Origin: a virus
Taxonomy: Duplodnaviria; Caudoviricetes
Length of the DNA stretch: 64,000 nucleotides
IMG/VR virus record: IMGVR_UViG_2852079565_000004
Span: 32,001-96,000 of that record
Strand: one strand, 5' to 3'
Shown here: in pieces, positions 8,720 through 18,113 of the stretch
Position numbering within the stretch: position 1 is the stretch's first letter
Layout: the number at the start of each line of letters is the position of its first letter
The notes under the pieces: generated by a model
What the model was told of the DNA's origin: nothing
The model's input: only the letters and a program-made list of their open reading frames with translations
The model's database searches: none
Position numbers and translations under genes: made by a program

Positions 8720-9807
8720 GCTGTCACCTCTTTCGCTGCTTGCTCTGATGCCTGCTTCCAAATATCTATCCACGTTTTGCGCGCCTGAAAGTCTGTCATG
8801 CTACGGACGCCACGCTTACCAGCCAGATCAGCGGCGATTTCTTCAATTCTATTTTGAGGAGCTGAGCGCGAACTCACTATTCGGGTGTATGCACCATCAC
8901 GCTCCGCTGCATCGACATTAACCCTTAATCCACCAGCCAACTGAACATGAGCTTTTTCCCACTGTTCACGTAGAGATCTTGGACACAACACAGCTTGGTG
9001 CCAAAAATCATCCAAAGTGATTAACTTATAGAGTCGGCAAATATCTTTGTGGTCGCGCCCATCAATCTCACGCATTAAACGCACTTCGTTAACCCACTCC
9101 ACAATAGTGATATCATCTGGCTTACCTAGTTTTCGTTCGCTAAAGAGCCATTTTTTACGGTCAAATAGATACTCTGCGCAGATTAAATCTTCTTGGGTTC
9201 CCCATTTTTTGAAATTAGCGCTGTAAATCACCGCTTCTGGATAACGATTTAAAAAATCAATTTTTTTCGGGTCGCTTAATTCGTTAGAATTCTGCGACGA
9301 AAGGTTTTTATTCTCTGTAGTATTCTCTGTAGTAGTCTTTGGTAATGGTTGGGTCATGTTGCTACAATGCATTTGGGCATCATGATCCGATGCATTTGTG
9401 CAATCTGTATCATTGCAATTGGTCATATTGCTATTTTCCATTTGGTCATTTTGACCAAATGCATTTGTCATATGTTCAGACTCAAGTTTTGAAACAACTG
9501 AGTAGTCGACGCTATACCACTTTGTTTGGTCTCTTGGGTCTTTGTTGTAATTAGCTGAAAATAGCAAGCCCTTGGATTCCAAGCTGTTTAAGGCTCTTTT
9601 TATCGTTGCTTCACTCCAAAAAGGAAAGTGTTCTTTCTTCCAGTTGGCTACACTGTTGTAAACCCACTGTTTTTCATCATAGATATTCTTTGATATCTCT
9701 TGGTAATAATGGATTTGCTGCAATACCAGCGCCTCATTAAGCCCGATAATGCAGGATAACGTCTTAGATACCAGCAACGGCGGCTCATTGATTAAAAATC
9801 GACTCAT
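8716..9807 (-). CDS. Phage replication initiator (lambda O-like)
   Basis: N-terminal wHTH (IGLNEALVLQQIHY, FPFWSEATIKR), internal iteron linker, RLMREIDGR...DDFW C-domain. Confidence 0.85.
   Translation of the reverse strand: MSRFLINEPPLLVSKTLSCIIGLNEALVLQQIHYYQEISKNIYDEKQWVYNSVANWKKEHFPFWSEATIKRALNSLESKGLLFSANYNKDPRDQTKWYSVDYSVVSKLESEHMTNAFGQNDQMENSNMTNCNDTDCTNASDHDAQMHCSNMTQPLPKTTTENTTENKNLSSQNSNELSDPKKIDFLNRYPEAVIYSANFKKWGTQEDLICAEYLFDRKKWLFSERKLGKPDDITIVEWVNEVRLMREIDGRDHKDICRLYKLITLDDFWHQAVLCPRSLREQWEKAHVQLAGGLRVNVDAAERDGAYTRIVSSRSAPQNRIEEIAADLAGKRGVRSMTDFQARKTWIDIWKQASEQAAKEVTA
9350..9471 (-). repeat. Origin iterons inside the rep gene (five to six 22-23-bp repeats)
   Basis: TGACAAATGCA / TGACCAAATGGA / TGACCAATTGCA / TGCACAAATGCA / TGCCCAAATGCA series. 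Confidence 0.7.
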
Positions 9808-9986
9808 TCCGTCACCCTTGTGAATTCGGCTTTAAATTTGTACAAAGGGGCGAAGCATTCATGTTCATAACCGTCACGCAAGAATATGACCCATTGCTTG
9901 ACTCGGTCATAACGTATGACACGAACACGAATACCACGCTTATCCAGATAAATACGATTGAGATTATTGGCATCTTCATTGGACAT
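9804..9986 (-). CDS. DUF4222-like protein
   Basis: YLDKRGIRVRVIRYD..VIFLRDGYEHECFAP..F..EF. Confidence 0.75.
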   Translation of the reverse strand: MSNEDANNLNRIYLDKRGIRVRVIRYDRVKQWVIFLRDGYEHECFAPLYKFKAEFTRVTE

Positions 9987-10173
9987 CACCTTTCCCCTTG
10001 CAATTAAAAAGAACTCGGACATTTAAATTGCCCACAGCCCATTCAACATATCTGCGGTTTACGGGGATCCATTCGTTCTGTACCATAAGTTCATATTGCA
10101 ATTGCGAGGTTCCAGCAGAACTCGCTGAGCATCTCAGTTGCACTAAACCTGAATTATTTGATAGACTCCTCAA
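9976..10173 (-). CDS. Small phage hypothetical protein
   Basis: Fills the gap between YmfL-like and DUF4222-like genes; TTG start. Confidence 0.4.
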   Translation of the reverse strand: MRSLSNNSGLVQLRCSASSAGTSQLQYELMVQNEWIPVNRRYVEWAVGNLNVRVLFNCKGKGDVQ

Positions 10174-10179
10174 TGCTAA

Positions 10180-10746
10180 TTACTCCACGCAAAGGTTGTT
10201 AGCACCAGACGCCTCGGACCGCATATCTGAGGCGTCAACCCTTTCAGGGCGACAAAATATGCGATAAATCAGTGATTCATGTTCTAATATTTTGGCTCTC
10301 GCTAAATATGACCTTTCCTTGATTCTCGCTCGCTCCGCTTCATCAACTTCACCATCAGCAATAGATTCTTTAATGCATTCGCAGTATTCGCCAATAGCAG
10401 ATAACGCTTCCATTAAGCGAATATTGATATCCTCGTTATCAACATCACCAATATCAGGTTGTGGAACAAAAACACCGCCCGATGCTTTAGCAACCGCATT
10501 TGCTATGTAGTGATTGCCACTTGCTTGCTGGAGAACCATTGCCCAACCAAACGGGAATAACTGATCACCATCAGTACGAAGGCGATTGAATAATGATTGA
10601 GTTGTCACCCCTGTTGGGTTATCGGTATCCTTTTTTCCTAACCATTCTGGCGCTTCATCATAGCCGCCGGGCAATGATGAAATTGTTTTTCTGATTGCGG
10701 CCACCAGCCATGCTGGTTGTTTTTCTGCTTGCCAATTTTGTTTCAT
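10180..10746 (-). CDS. YmfL-family (CII-like) regulator
   Basis: WQAEKQPAWLVAAIRKTI..LPGGY, LFNRLR.DGDQ.FP. Confidence 0.85.
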   Translation of the reverse strand: MKQNWQAEKQPAWLVAAIRKTISSLPGGYDEAPEWLGKKDTDNPTGVTTQSLFNRLRTDGDQLFPFGWAMVLQQASGNHYIANAVAKASGGVFVPQPDIGDVDNEDINIRLMEALSAIGEYCECIKESIADGEVDEAERARIKERSYLARAKILEHESLIYRIFCRPERVDASDMRSEASGANNLCVE

Positions 10747-10813
10747 CCCACATCTCCTTTAAATTTGCTGTGGTTACATGAAAATTACAGTTCTGGTTTA
10801 ATCTTTCCGTAAA

Positions 10814-11047
10814 TCAATTGGCTGCTACTGACTGAGTTCCTCGTAAATAGGACCAATCAATATCAGGTCGAAGATCTTCACAGCGAACAATGCCAGCTGT
10901 TGCCTTTTCAATTTCAGGACAGCGCTCAGCTGGAATTTGTCGAACTCCGTTTGCCCATTGAGAAATAAGAGTGGTCGGAACTCCTAGTTTTTTTGCCAGC
11001 TCGGTAGCTTTGCCTCGTTTGTCGCTTGTGTATGTTTTTAGTGTCAT
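10814..11047 (-). CDS. cro: Cro/YdaS-like HTH regulator
   Basis: LAKKLGV...ISQWANGVRQIPAERCPEIE...LRPDIDW; divergent from repressor. Confidence 0.88.
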   Translation of the reverse strand: MTLKTYTSDKRGKATELAKKLGVPTTLISQWANGVRQIPAERCPEIEKATAGIVRCEDLRPDIDWSYLRGTQSVAAN

Positions 11048-11080
11048 CTGCTTCACCTTACATATGATTTTTACAAAATA

Positions 11081-11143
11081 ATAGCGTAACGCTATCAATA
11101 GTCAATAGCGTTTCACTTCTTCTAATGGTTAGCGCGTTGCTAT
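11081..11143. promoter_or_regulatory. OR: three 15-bp operators at 24-bp spacing
   Basis: ATAGCGTAACGCTAT (11081, perfect 7-1-7 IR), ATAGCGTTTCACTTC (11105), TTAGCGCGTTGCTAT (11129). Confidence 0.8.
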
Positions 11144-11155
11144 CTAATGTAGAAA

Positions 11156-11644
11156 ATGGATGAAATTGGCAGCGATATGAAAACTATTGAAGAAATCAGA
11201 CGCGATTGGCTTAACCTGCTTATTGAGCAACACAAAACTATCGCAAACTTAAATGTGGCCTTGGGGCGTGCAAAAACAGACGCAACCTTATCGCAAATAA
11301 GAAACAAGGCGACCGACAGTAAAAGTGGAAACCCTAGAAATATGGGCTCACCTTTAGCAAGAGAAATCGAAGAGAAACTTGGCTTTGAGGTAGGTACACT
11401 GGATCATGACCCATATAAGATTAATAAGTCCCATGGCGATGATGAATTTATAAAAGCATATAATTCCGCTGATGAAGCCATTCAATCAATAATTAATTTT
11501 ATTTTAAATAGAGATACGTCCAACCCTCTACCACAGTGGGTAGACACTGATGCTAAAGCTCATGCGGATTCATTAGAGCTAAAATCAAGGAAGTGGTTTG
11601 CTGGCAATAAAAGCAATGAAGGTGAAATCAAAGCCAGAGCTTAA
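11156..11644 (+). CDS. CI-like repressor without an S24 peptidase domain
   Basis: IRRDWL...LSQIRN...RNMGSPLAREIEEKLG...LD HTH; flanked by operators. Confidence 0.8.
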   Translation: MDEIGSDMKTIEEIRRDWLNLLIEQHKTIANLNVALGRAKTDATLSQIRNKATDSKSGNPRNMGSPLAREIEEKLGFEVGTLDHDPYKINKSHGDDEFIKAYNSADEAIQSIINFILNRDTSNPLPQWVDTDAKAHADSLELKSRKWFAGNKSNEGEIKARA

Positions 11645-11717
11645 ACTTGCTTGGTCTGATGGTAAGCCATTATTTTTACCCACAAAAAAATTCCCGCCTA
11701 AAGTTTACACATAAATA

Positions 11718-11760
11718 ATAGCGTATTGCTATTGACATGATATTAGCGAGACGCTATCTT
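11718..11760 (+). promoter_or_regulatory. OL operators and PL-like promoter
   Basis: ATAGCGTATTGCTAT (11718) and TTAGCGAGACGCTAT (11743); TTGACA-17 bp-TATCTT. Confidence 0.82.
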
Positions 11761-11818
11761 TTATCTCATCAGCAAAACAGATACTAAATTTCAAATATGT
11801 GGGGTGCTTAGTATGGGA

Positions 11819-12007
11819 ATGCTTATCTTAACTCGCCGAGTCGGTGAAACTCTGAATATTGGTGATGATGTTAAAATTACAATTTTAGGGCGCAATGGTA
11901 ATCAAGTGAGAATTGGCATCGAAGCCCCAAAAAATGTTGGTGTATATAGAGAAGAAATTTATCAACGTATCTTAGCTGAAAATAGTATTGCCACTGCTAG
12001 TGATTGA
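11819..12007 (+). CDS. csrA: CsrA/RsmA-family RNA-binding protein (prophage-encoded)
   Basis: [18 protein letters not shown]...[21 protein letters not shown]. Confidence 0.93.
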   Translation: MLILTRRVGETLNIGDDVKITILGRNGNQVRIGIEAPKNVGVYREEIYQRILAENSIATASD

Positions 12008-12230
12008 CCCTTGTAGTTTTTGGCGGTGTTGTGCCGCCCTTTTTCATAATACATAAGGCCACTGATATTCAGTGTTCATACTAGGTAAACATATTCATTA
12101 TTTGTCAGTGGCTTTATTTATTATTTAATTATTTTTTTATTTATATTTATATTTAGCCAACACCAAGGAATTAATTCTCTTTATTAAGAGACGGACTCTT
12201 ATTATCTAAATATTGCGTGGAGTATTAATT

Positions 12231-13007
12231 ATGTCGAAAGAACTAACGTTAAGTGAGTTATTAACTCAGCGGTGCGTTGAATTTGCAAATAGCGAACAGG
12301 CCGTAGAAATTATTGATAAAGGTATCACTAAATTATTTACCAGTGTTGTTGATGATGCCTTTCGTTCCTATGGTGATTTCGGTAAGGCTTTTAATAAGGC
12401 AATGGAAAGTGCCTTACCAGCGAATATAGAGGATGTAGTTGATTTGAAAAAATACAACACGCTGGTTGCTGAAAAAATACGTAACTCTTGGGAGGATTCA
12501 GGTATTGAGGCTGATTTACAAGACAAAGTTATCGCTTTAGTAAAAGATTTCACAAGTGACGATGAGTGCCCTAAATACATAAAAGCATCTGATTTGTGGG
12601 AGGCATTTATAGAGGATAAAAGCGAGTCAGCGATGGAAAACCAATGGGAGTCACCGCAAGTATTTATTAATGATGAGCATGATGGGTTTATTCAAGTCGG
12701 CATACATCCAGAAGAAAGGTCAACATCAAGATACTCGTCTAATTCAGTTAGTGCATATAGCTGTGATTATAGTTTCCATTTAAGCATTCAACGTACAGGG
12801 GGTTACAACAGCGAACCCCTACTGCAGGATGGTAATAATGTTTATGAGTTAATTGGGGGTAAGGTAAATGACAGGATTTTAGGTAAGAAAATAGTTAAAG
12901 CATATTCCCGTTTCGACAAATTAGTCTTAGCGCTTTATTACGGTGGGAGTCTCTTGGTGTGGGATGAGTCACCAGAAGGTATTTGTTATAGCAATGGTTG
13001 GGATTAA
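12231..13007 (+). CDS. Phage hypothetical protein
   Basis: Long acidic ORF with GGAG RBS in the early-left operon. Confidence 0.75.
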   Translation: MSKELTLSELLTQRCVEFANSEQAVEIIDKGITKLFTSVVDDAFRSYGDFGKAFNKAMESALPANIEDVVDLKKYNTLVAEKIRNSWEDSGIEADLQDKVIALVKDFTSDDECPKYIKASDLWEAFIEDKSESAMENQWESPQVFINDEHDGFIQVGIHPEERSTSRYSSNSVSAYSCDYSFHLSIQRTGGYNSEPLLQDGNNVYELIGGKVNDRILGKKIVKAYSRFDKLVLALYYGGSLLVWDESPEGICYSNGWD

Positions 13008-13021
13008 TGAGGGTATAAATT

Positions 13022-13498
13022 ATGCAACTTAGCCAAATTGATTTAATTTCCGCTATTTCTACTGAAATAGAAAAACAAATACCCGGCATACCTGCTGAAC
13101 CTCGTTATTTGAATGCCATTATTAAGGCCGCAAATTTGGTTTGTGACGAATTCAAAAAGCCGCTTGTTAAAGCTTCTGAGGGTATGGGACTTACTGCATG
13201 GCTTGCTAGTGATGATGTAGGGGCGAGTTCAAGATACATGGCTTCCGTTCTTTCTGACCAATTTAGAGCTCCAAATCATTACCCTTTGGATGGTGCTGAT
13301 TTAGGCCGCTGTATTAGATTGCTGGTGGCTGTACCTGAACTAGCAAGCCAATTACATGAAATGAAAGCATGTTCACCTCAGTGGTCAGCTGTTATCGATA
13401 ATTGGGATAAATGGAAAGAACTCTACGAAGCTGGTGAAGGTAAAAAGCTTTATCAAGAAATGAAATTAACTTACGAGTCACTAAGGGATTTGCCATGA
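13022..13498 (+). CDS. Phage hypothetical protein
   Basis: GAGG RBS; YPLDGADLGRC..L...P motif. Confidence 0.75.
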   Translation: MQLSQIDLISAISTEIEKQIPGIPAEPRYLNAIIKAANLVCDEFKKPLVKASEGMGLTAWLASDDVGASSRYMASVLSDQFRAPNHYPLDGADLGRCIRLLVAVPELASQLHEMKACSPQWSAVIDNWDKWKELYEAGEGKKLYQEMKLTYESLRDLP

Positions 13499-13695
13499 AA
13501 ACCTTGAATAGCATCCCATGGCTTGGAGAGTGCCCTAAATGCGCTCATGAATCAGCACGAGTACAAACTGAGAATGGGAAAGATGACTGGCTTTATTCTG
13601 GGGATAAAGTCACTTGTGAAAATTGCGGGCACACTGGTGAAATAGAAGCTGATGGTGAGTGTGCTTGGTGTGAGTGGAATGATGTAAATGAATAG
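13495..13695 (+). CDS. Small zinc-ribbon protein
   Basis: CPKC...CENC; overlaps both neighbours. Confidence 0.7.
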   Translation: MKTLNSIPWLGECPKCAHESARVQTENGKDDWLYSGDKVTCENCGHTGEIEADGECAWCEWNDVNE

Positions 13696-14485
13696 CATCA
13701 AACACCCTGTTATTCGCTACCATGGCGGCAAGTTTCGACTTGCCCCATGGGTGATTAGTCACTTTCCAGATCATCGTTGTTATGTTGAGCCGTTTGGTGG
13801 TGCCGCCAGCGTTCTTATGCATAAAGAGCGTAGTTATGCTGAGGTATACAATGATCTAGATAGCGAGGTAGTTAATTTATTCACTGTATTACGCGACGCT
13901 GAACTGAATGAAAAACTTCAATTAGCTTGTAAATTGACACCCTATTCACGTGATGAATTCAAACTGGCCAGTGAGCCTGCTACCGACCCAGTAGAAAAAG
14001 CCAGAAGAATGGTTGTTCGTACCTGTATGGGATTTGGCTCTGCTTCTGGTCTTCGTGGTACATCAGGCTTTCGCTCGGATAGTAAAAGAAAATATGCCCT
14101 CTCCTCTCACTTATGGACTAAATACCCAGAAAATTTAAGTGCTGTTTGCCAGCGCCTGCAGGGGGTGATTATTGAAAATAAAACGGCCGTGGAATTAATA
14201 AAGCAACACGATTCAAATGACACATTGTTTTATTTAGATCCACCTTACGTTTCTGATACTCGAGTAAAAGGAAACCGGTACTACAACTTTGAAATGACAA
14301 ATGAACAACACCAGGAGCTACTTAATTCAGTAAAAGAAATTAACGGGAAAGTTTTAATTAGCGGTTACGAATCTGATTTATACAACAGCGAATTATCAAC
14401 ATGGAGGAAAGTAACTAAAAACTCAAGAATTTCTGCAGGTAGAGGAACTGGCATTCGTACTGAATGCCTGTGGTTGAATTTTTAA
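13688..14485 (+). CDS. DNA adenine methylase (D12/Dam class)
   Basis: YHGGK, YVEPFGG, YLDPPY. Confidence 0.92.
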   Translation: MNSIKHPVIRYHGGKFRLAPWVISHFPDHRCYVEPFGGAASVLMHKERSYAEVYNDLDSEVVNLFTVLRDAELNEKLQLACKLTPYSRDEFKLASEPATDPVEKARRMVVRTCMGFGSASGLRGTSGFRSDSKRKYALSSHLWTKYPENLSAVCQRLQGVIIENKTAVELIKQHDSNDTLFYLDPPYVSDTRVKGNRYYNFEMTNEQHQELLNSVKEINGKVLISGYESDLYNSELSTWRKVTKNSRISAGRGTGIRTECLWLNF

Positions 14486-14514
14486 GTCTGTATGCGGCAG
14501 GCGTGGAGGTGATT

Positions 14515-14730
14515 ATGGAAGGTATTTCAGTTGAGTGCTTACCGATATCGGTTTATTGCAAGATATTTAATGATACAACCGACGCGATAAGAAAACGGAT
14601 TGAAAGGCAGTTCTGGCATGAGGGAGTTCAAGTTTTAAAAATTGAAGGCTCGAAAGAGCGATGGATCGATTTGATAGAGGTGAACAAGTGGGCCAGACAA
14701 AACAAAATATCCTCCCCCGTGGAGTTATGA
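14515..14730 (+). CDS. xis: Excisionase
   Basis: GGAGG RBS; YC...IRKRI...W.EG...RWIDL.EVNKW; overlaps int. Confidence 0.8.
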   Translation: MEGISVECLPISVYCKIFNDTTDAIRKRIERQFWHEGVQVLKIEGSKERWIDLIEVNKWARQNKISSPVEL

Positions 14731-15860
14731 TCCGTAAACACAGAACAGGAGAAACAATTAATATTTCATTTACATTTAAAGGGGTTCATTGCCGAGAGCC
14801 CCTATCTAATCTTGAAGTTAACCCTAAAAATATAAAATATGCAGAACGCTTATTAGGGGAAATATATAACAAAATTGAAAAAGGTATTTTTTCTTATGTT
14901 GAGTATTTCCCTAAATCATCAAAATTAAAAGTATTTGGCAACAAACATAGAGGTAGAAATATTAATGAATATCTGGATGAATATTTAGATATTTGTGAAA
15001 CCAGAGGTTTATCCCCTTCCACAATTGGTGGCTATAAAAAATGTAAAAGTGCCCTTTCTACACTGCATGATTTATCAGTGGTAGATTTGACGCCTGGTAT
15101 ATTAAAAACATGGATCCAAAAACAAAAGACATCATTAAAAACAATTAGGAACCAGTTATCTTTTTTGCGTAGCGCATTAGACGAGGCTGTAACTGATGGA
15201 TTGATTCCCTCTAACCCAGCAAGCTTAGTTACGGCCTCAAGATACCAAGCTAAAAATAGCGCATCAGATAGTGATTATATTGTGGATCCTTTAGCGCCAG
15301 AGGAAGTCACCGCTATTCTGGCTGCTGTACGATACGAACAATGGAGAAACTTGTTCCAATTTGCAATTAATACTGGGTTACGTAGCTCTGAGTTATGCGC
15401 GTTACACTGGGATGATATAGATTTCATCGATAACAAAGCTCACATTAAATCCGCCAGCGTTGTTGGTGTTATTAAAGGCACTAAAACAAAGGCGGGAACA
15501 CGGATCATAGAATTGAATGAATATGCTATTTCCGCAATTAACGCCCAGAAACAATTCACTTTCTTAAAGGGTGATACTATTTTCGAAGATCCAAAAACAA
15601 ATAAAGCATGGGCTGGTGCTGATGCAATTCGAAAAAAAGCATGGGTACCAACATTAAAGAAAGCTGGCGTACGATATAGAAACCCGTATCAAACACGACA
15701 CACATTTGCGATCAAACATATTAGTAATGGCGTTAACCTCTTTTGGCTGGCTTCACAGATGGGACATAAAGGCCCTGAAATGCTTTTTAGGCACTACGGC
15801 GCATACCTAGAAGAGTATGACGGCAACACATCAATTTTAAAGAAAGCGGACAACCAATAG
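14688..15860 (+). CDS. int: Tyrosine integrase of prophage 1
   Basis: Arm-binding N-terminus; TGLRSSEL, YQTRH, QMGH, HY catalytic set; GTG start after GAGG. Confidence 0.95.
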   Translation: MGQTKQNILPRGVMIRKHRTGETINISFTFKGVHCREPLSNLEVNPKNIKYAERLLGEIYNKIEKGIFSYVEYFPKSSKLKVFGNKHRGRNINEYLDEYLDICETRGLSPSTIGGYKKCKSALSTLHDLSVVDLTPGILKTWIQKQKTSLKTIRNQLSFLRSALDEAVTDGLIPSNPASLVTASRYQAKNSASDSDYIVDPLAPEEVTAILAAVRYEQWRNLFQFAINTGLRSSELCALHWDDIDFIDNKAHIKSASVVGVIKGTKTKAGTRIIELNEYAISAINAQKQFTFLKGDTIFEDPKTNKAWAGADAIRKKAWVPTLKKAGVRYRNPYQTRHTFAIKHISNGVNLFWLASQMGHKGPEMLFRHYGAYLEEYDGNTSILKKADNQ

Positions 15861-15951
15861 ACACCGCTAGGACTATGGATAAGCCGTAAATCATGCGCAG
15901 GGCAATATTTAGCTAATTACCATTTATATAACAATAGGTTAAACAACTCCA

Positions 15952-15982
15952 GATGCGGGTTCAACTCCCGCCAGCTCCACCA
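15952..15982 (+). repeat. att junction 1: tmRNA (ssrA) 3'-end duplication
   Basis: GATGCGGGTTCAACTCCCGCCAGCTCCACCA matches the enterobacterial tmRNA T-arm/acceptor end. Confidence 0.9.
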
Positions 15983-15988
15983 CTATCT

Positions 15989-16024
15989 AACGACCTGATT
16001 CTTAACAAGTTTCAGGTCGTTTTT
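15989..16024 (+). terminator. Element-supplied terminator after the ssrA 3' end
   Basis: AACGACCTGA...TCAGGTCGTT followed by T-run. Confidence 0.75.
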
Positions 16025-16055
16025 CTTTCTATCATGTCGAAATTGTGCCGCAGGA

Positions 16056-17759
16056 ATGTACCGCATGATGACATTAAAGCTCCCCCACTACCTCTACCAA
16101 CGAGCCAATACATGGTGGTTTCGTAAAACCATCCCGACCACAAACGCTCGCCATGACATCCGGCTGAGCCTCAAAACTAATCAATTGCATGCAGCCCGAT
16201 CATTAGCCTTAATCCTCAATAGTCAATATAATCACTGGCAAAACCAATATTCAGGAAGCCCGAAAATGACCAAGGAACACATTGCCTTTTTTCAGCAGCA
16301 ACTCAAGTTATTAGTCAACAGATGGTGGCAGCGTGAAATGGATGATTTTCATGGCAACCTTGATAAGGGAATTGATGAACTCAATGATTTACAGCACGTC
16401 ACAACGGGGCTTATTGAGTTTCATCACAAACGTATTATTAAAAAAGAGTATCGGGACAATGCCAAAAACCAGAGAATAGCTGCCACGTTATTAGATGAAA
16501 TCCAAGAGCAACAATCGGATATCACCTCTGACTTAACCGAACAAGACTATCAGCAACTGGCTCGTATGGTTGACCAAGCCTCTTTGCAGCACTATCAACG
16601 ACTCAATACGTATTTATCAAACCCAACACCAGACTGGTTAAACGCACCCACAACCTTTGAGGTTGAATCAATCATTGATGATAAACCACGTTACCCCCTA
16701 TCTAAACTGATTAGCGAATATCAAGAAGAAAGCCAGCAAAAAGGACACAGTCAAAAGACCCAAAATAAGTATGCTCAATGCCTCGCCTTAGCAATTAGCT
16801 ACTTTGGTGATGTGCTTGTTGATACGATCACACCCGAGCAAGGCAGACATTTTCGAGAGTGCTTAAAGACATTTCCTCTTGGGATTAAAACAAAAGAGAT
16901 GCTGGCACAGCCACTGAGTGAAATCATAAAAAAACATCCACGTACTCAAATCATATCGGTAGAAACGGCGAATTCACACCTGCAAAAAGTGTCCCAGTTT
17001 TTTGATTGGATAGTGTCCTTAGGGTATTTAACCTACAATCCTATCCCTCAAGAGCCGCTTCCGGCTCCACGGGTTAACCATAAAGACGATAGAGCCGTCA
17101 TCACTGACGAGGAAGCTATACAAGTTTTTCAGCATCCCCTGTTTACGATGCATCAAGGCGTCAAAACCAAAAAGATACAGCAGCCTTACCATTTTTGGTT
17201 ACCGCTATTGTGTTTATTTACGGGTATGCGCCCCGGTGAAGCTTGCCAGTTATTCACTAATGACATTGAAAATGTGAATGACATTTGGTGTATTCGTGTG
17301 GATAACCGATATGAAAAACAGCGGTTGAAAACACCAAATGCCAAACGCTACATCCCAATCCATCAACAACTTATTGATTTAGGCTTCTTGGTATTTGTGA
17401 ACGATAAGGCAGGCACACACCGTGAAGATACACGCCTGTTCCCTGAAATTATGCTCATTCAAGACTCTTTTGCGACCAAGCCGGGTGAATGGTTCAACCG
17501 TAATTTACGAGACAAACAATCGCTTCCTGAGCACGTCACGCTCTATAGCTTTAGGCATTACTTTAGAGATAAGCTACTCGCCCTGCATCCTTCTGATGAA
17601 TATTTGAATAAGATTATGGGTCATCAAACCAGTTCTTACGGTAAAGCCTTACCAAAGGAACAACAAGCTATGCATGAACTGGTTAATAAGCTCGATTTTT
17701 CAGCCATTATTGCTCAGATAAAACCTTATGAAACATTGGACATCTTCCACAAACAGTAG
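16056..17759 (+). CDS. Tyrosine integrase with DUF6538-like N-terminus
   Basis: YLYQR..WWFR..IP..IRLSLKT; TGMRPGE, LKT, YSFRH, MGH, Y. Confidence 0.9.
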   Translation: MYRMMTLKLPHYLYQRANTWWFRKTIPTTNARHDIRLSLKTNQLHAARSLALILNSQYNHWQNQYSGSPKMTKEHIAFFQQQLKLLVNRWWQREMDDFHGNLDKGIDELNDLQHVTTGLIEFHHKRIIKKEYRDNAKNQRIAATLLDEIQEQQSDITSDLTEQDYQQLARMVDQASLQHYQRLNTYLSNPTPDWLNAPTTFEVESIIDDKPRYPLSKLISEYQEESQQKGHSQKTQNKYAQCLALAISYFGDVLVDTITPEQGRHFRECLKTFPLGIKTKEMLAQPLSEIIKKHPRTQIISVETANSHLQKVSQFFDWIVSLGYLTYNPIPQEPLPAPRVNHKDDRAVITDEEAIQVFQHPLFTMHQGVKTKKIQQPYHFWLPLLCLFTGMRPGEACQLFTNDIENVNDIWCIRVDNRYEKQRLKTPNAKRYIPIHQQLIDLGFLVFVNDKAGTHREDTRLFPEIMLIQDSFATKPGEWFNRNLRDKQSLPEHVTLYSFRHYFRDKLLALHPSDEYLNKIMGHQTSSYGKALPKEQQAMHELVNKLDFSAIIAQIKPYETLDIFHKQ

Positions 17760-17821
17760 GCAATGAATCAATAGTCTACTTACGAAATCGTGATTGGGGT
17801 GTTACAGGCATTTGAAAGGGC

Positions 17822-17975
17822 TGTAACGTTACATTTTAAGAGAACGTTACAGCAGATCCCCATGATATCAACGTGTATCATTGTTACGCTTGTTACGCTT
17901 GTTACGCCATAGAAAGACCTATCTGAACGAAAACTAGAACAGACTACAAGTTAATCTAAACATTATTGTATTATT
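17822..17975 (+). repeat. Iteron-rich repeat copy A (contains 3x TTGTTACGC at 17881-17907)
   Basis: Aligns with 20844-20973. Confidence 0.85.
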
Positions 17976-18113
17976 GACTCATAAATGGCATTCCTATATT
18001 ACTCTTGATTATCGTTCACAGTAAGAACTCCTATTGTGATGAATCCATAATAGAATCGTGTTTGGTAATTAATATAGGGGGAAATATTGGGATATATAAG
18101 GCGCTAGACTGAC

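Larger units (their letters stand above)
1..15982. mobile_element. Prophage 1 (lambdoid), right part, integrated at the ssrA 3' end
   Basis: Gene order holin-Q-RusA-rep-cro/cI-xis-int, ending in a tmRNA 3'-end duplication at 15952-15982. Confidence 0.93.

Noticed and set aside
15952-15982. tRNA or complete tmRNA gene
   Set aside because: Only the T-arm and 3' acceptor strand are present; the upstream sequence is phage att arm
17881-17907. CRISPR-like array
   Set aside because: Spacerless 9-bp tandem repeat with no cas genes; better explained as iterons
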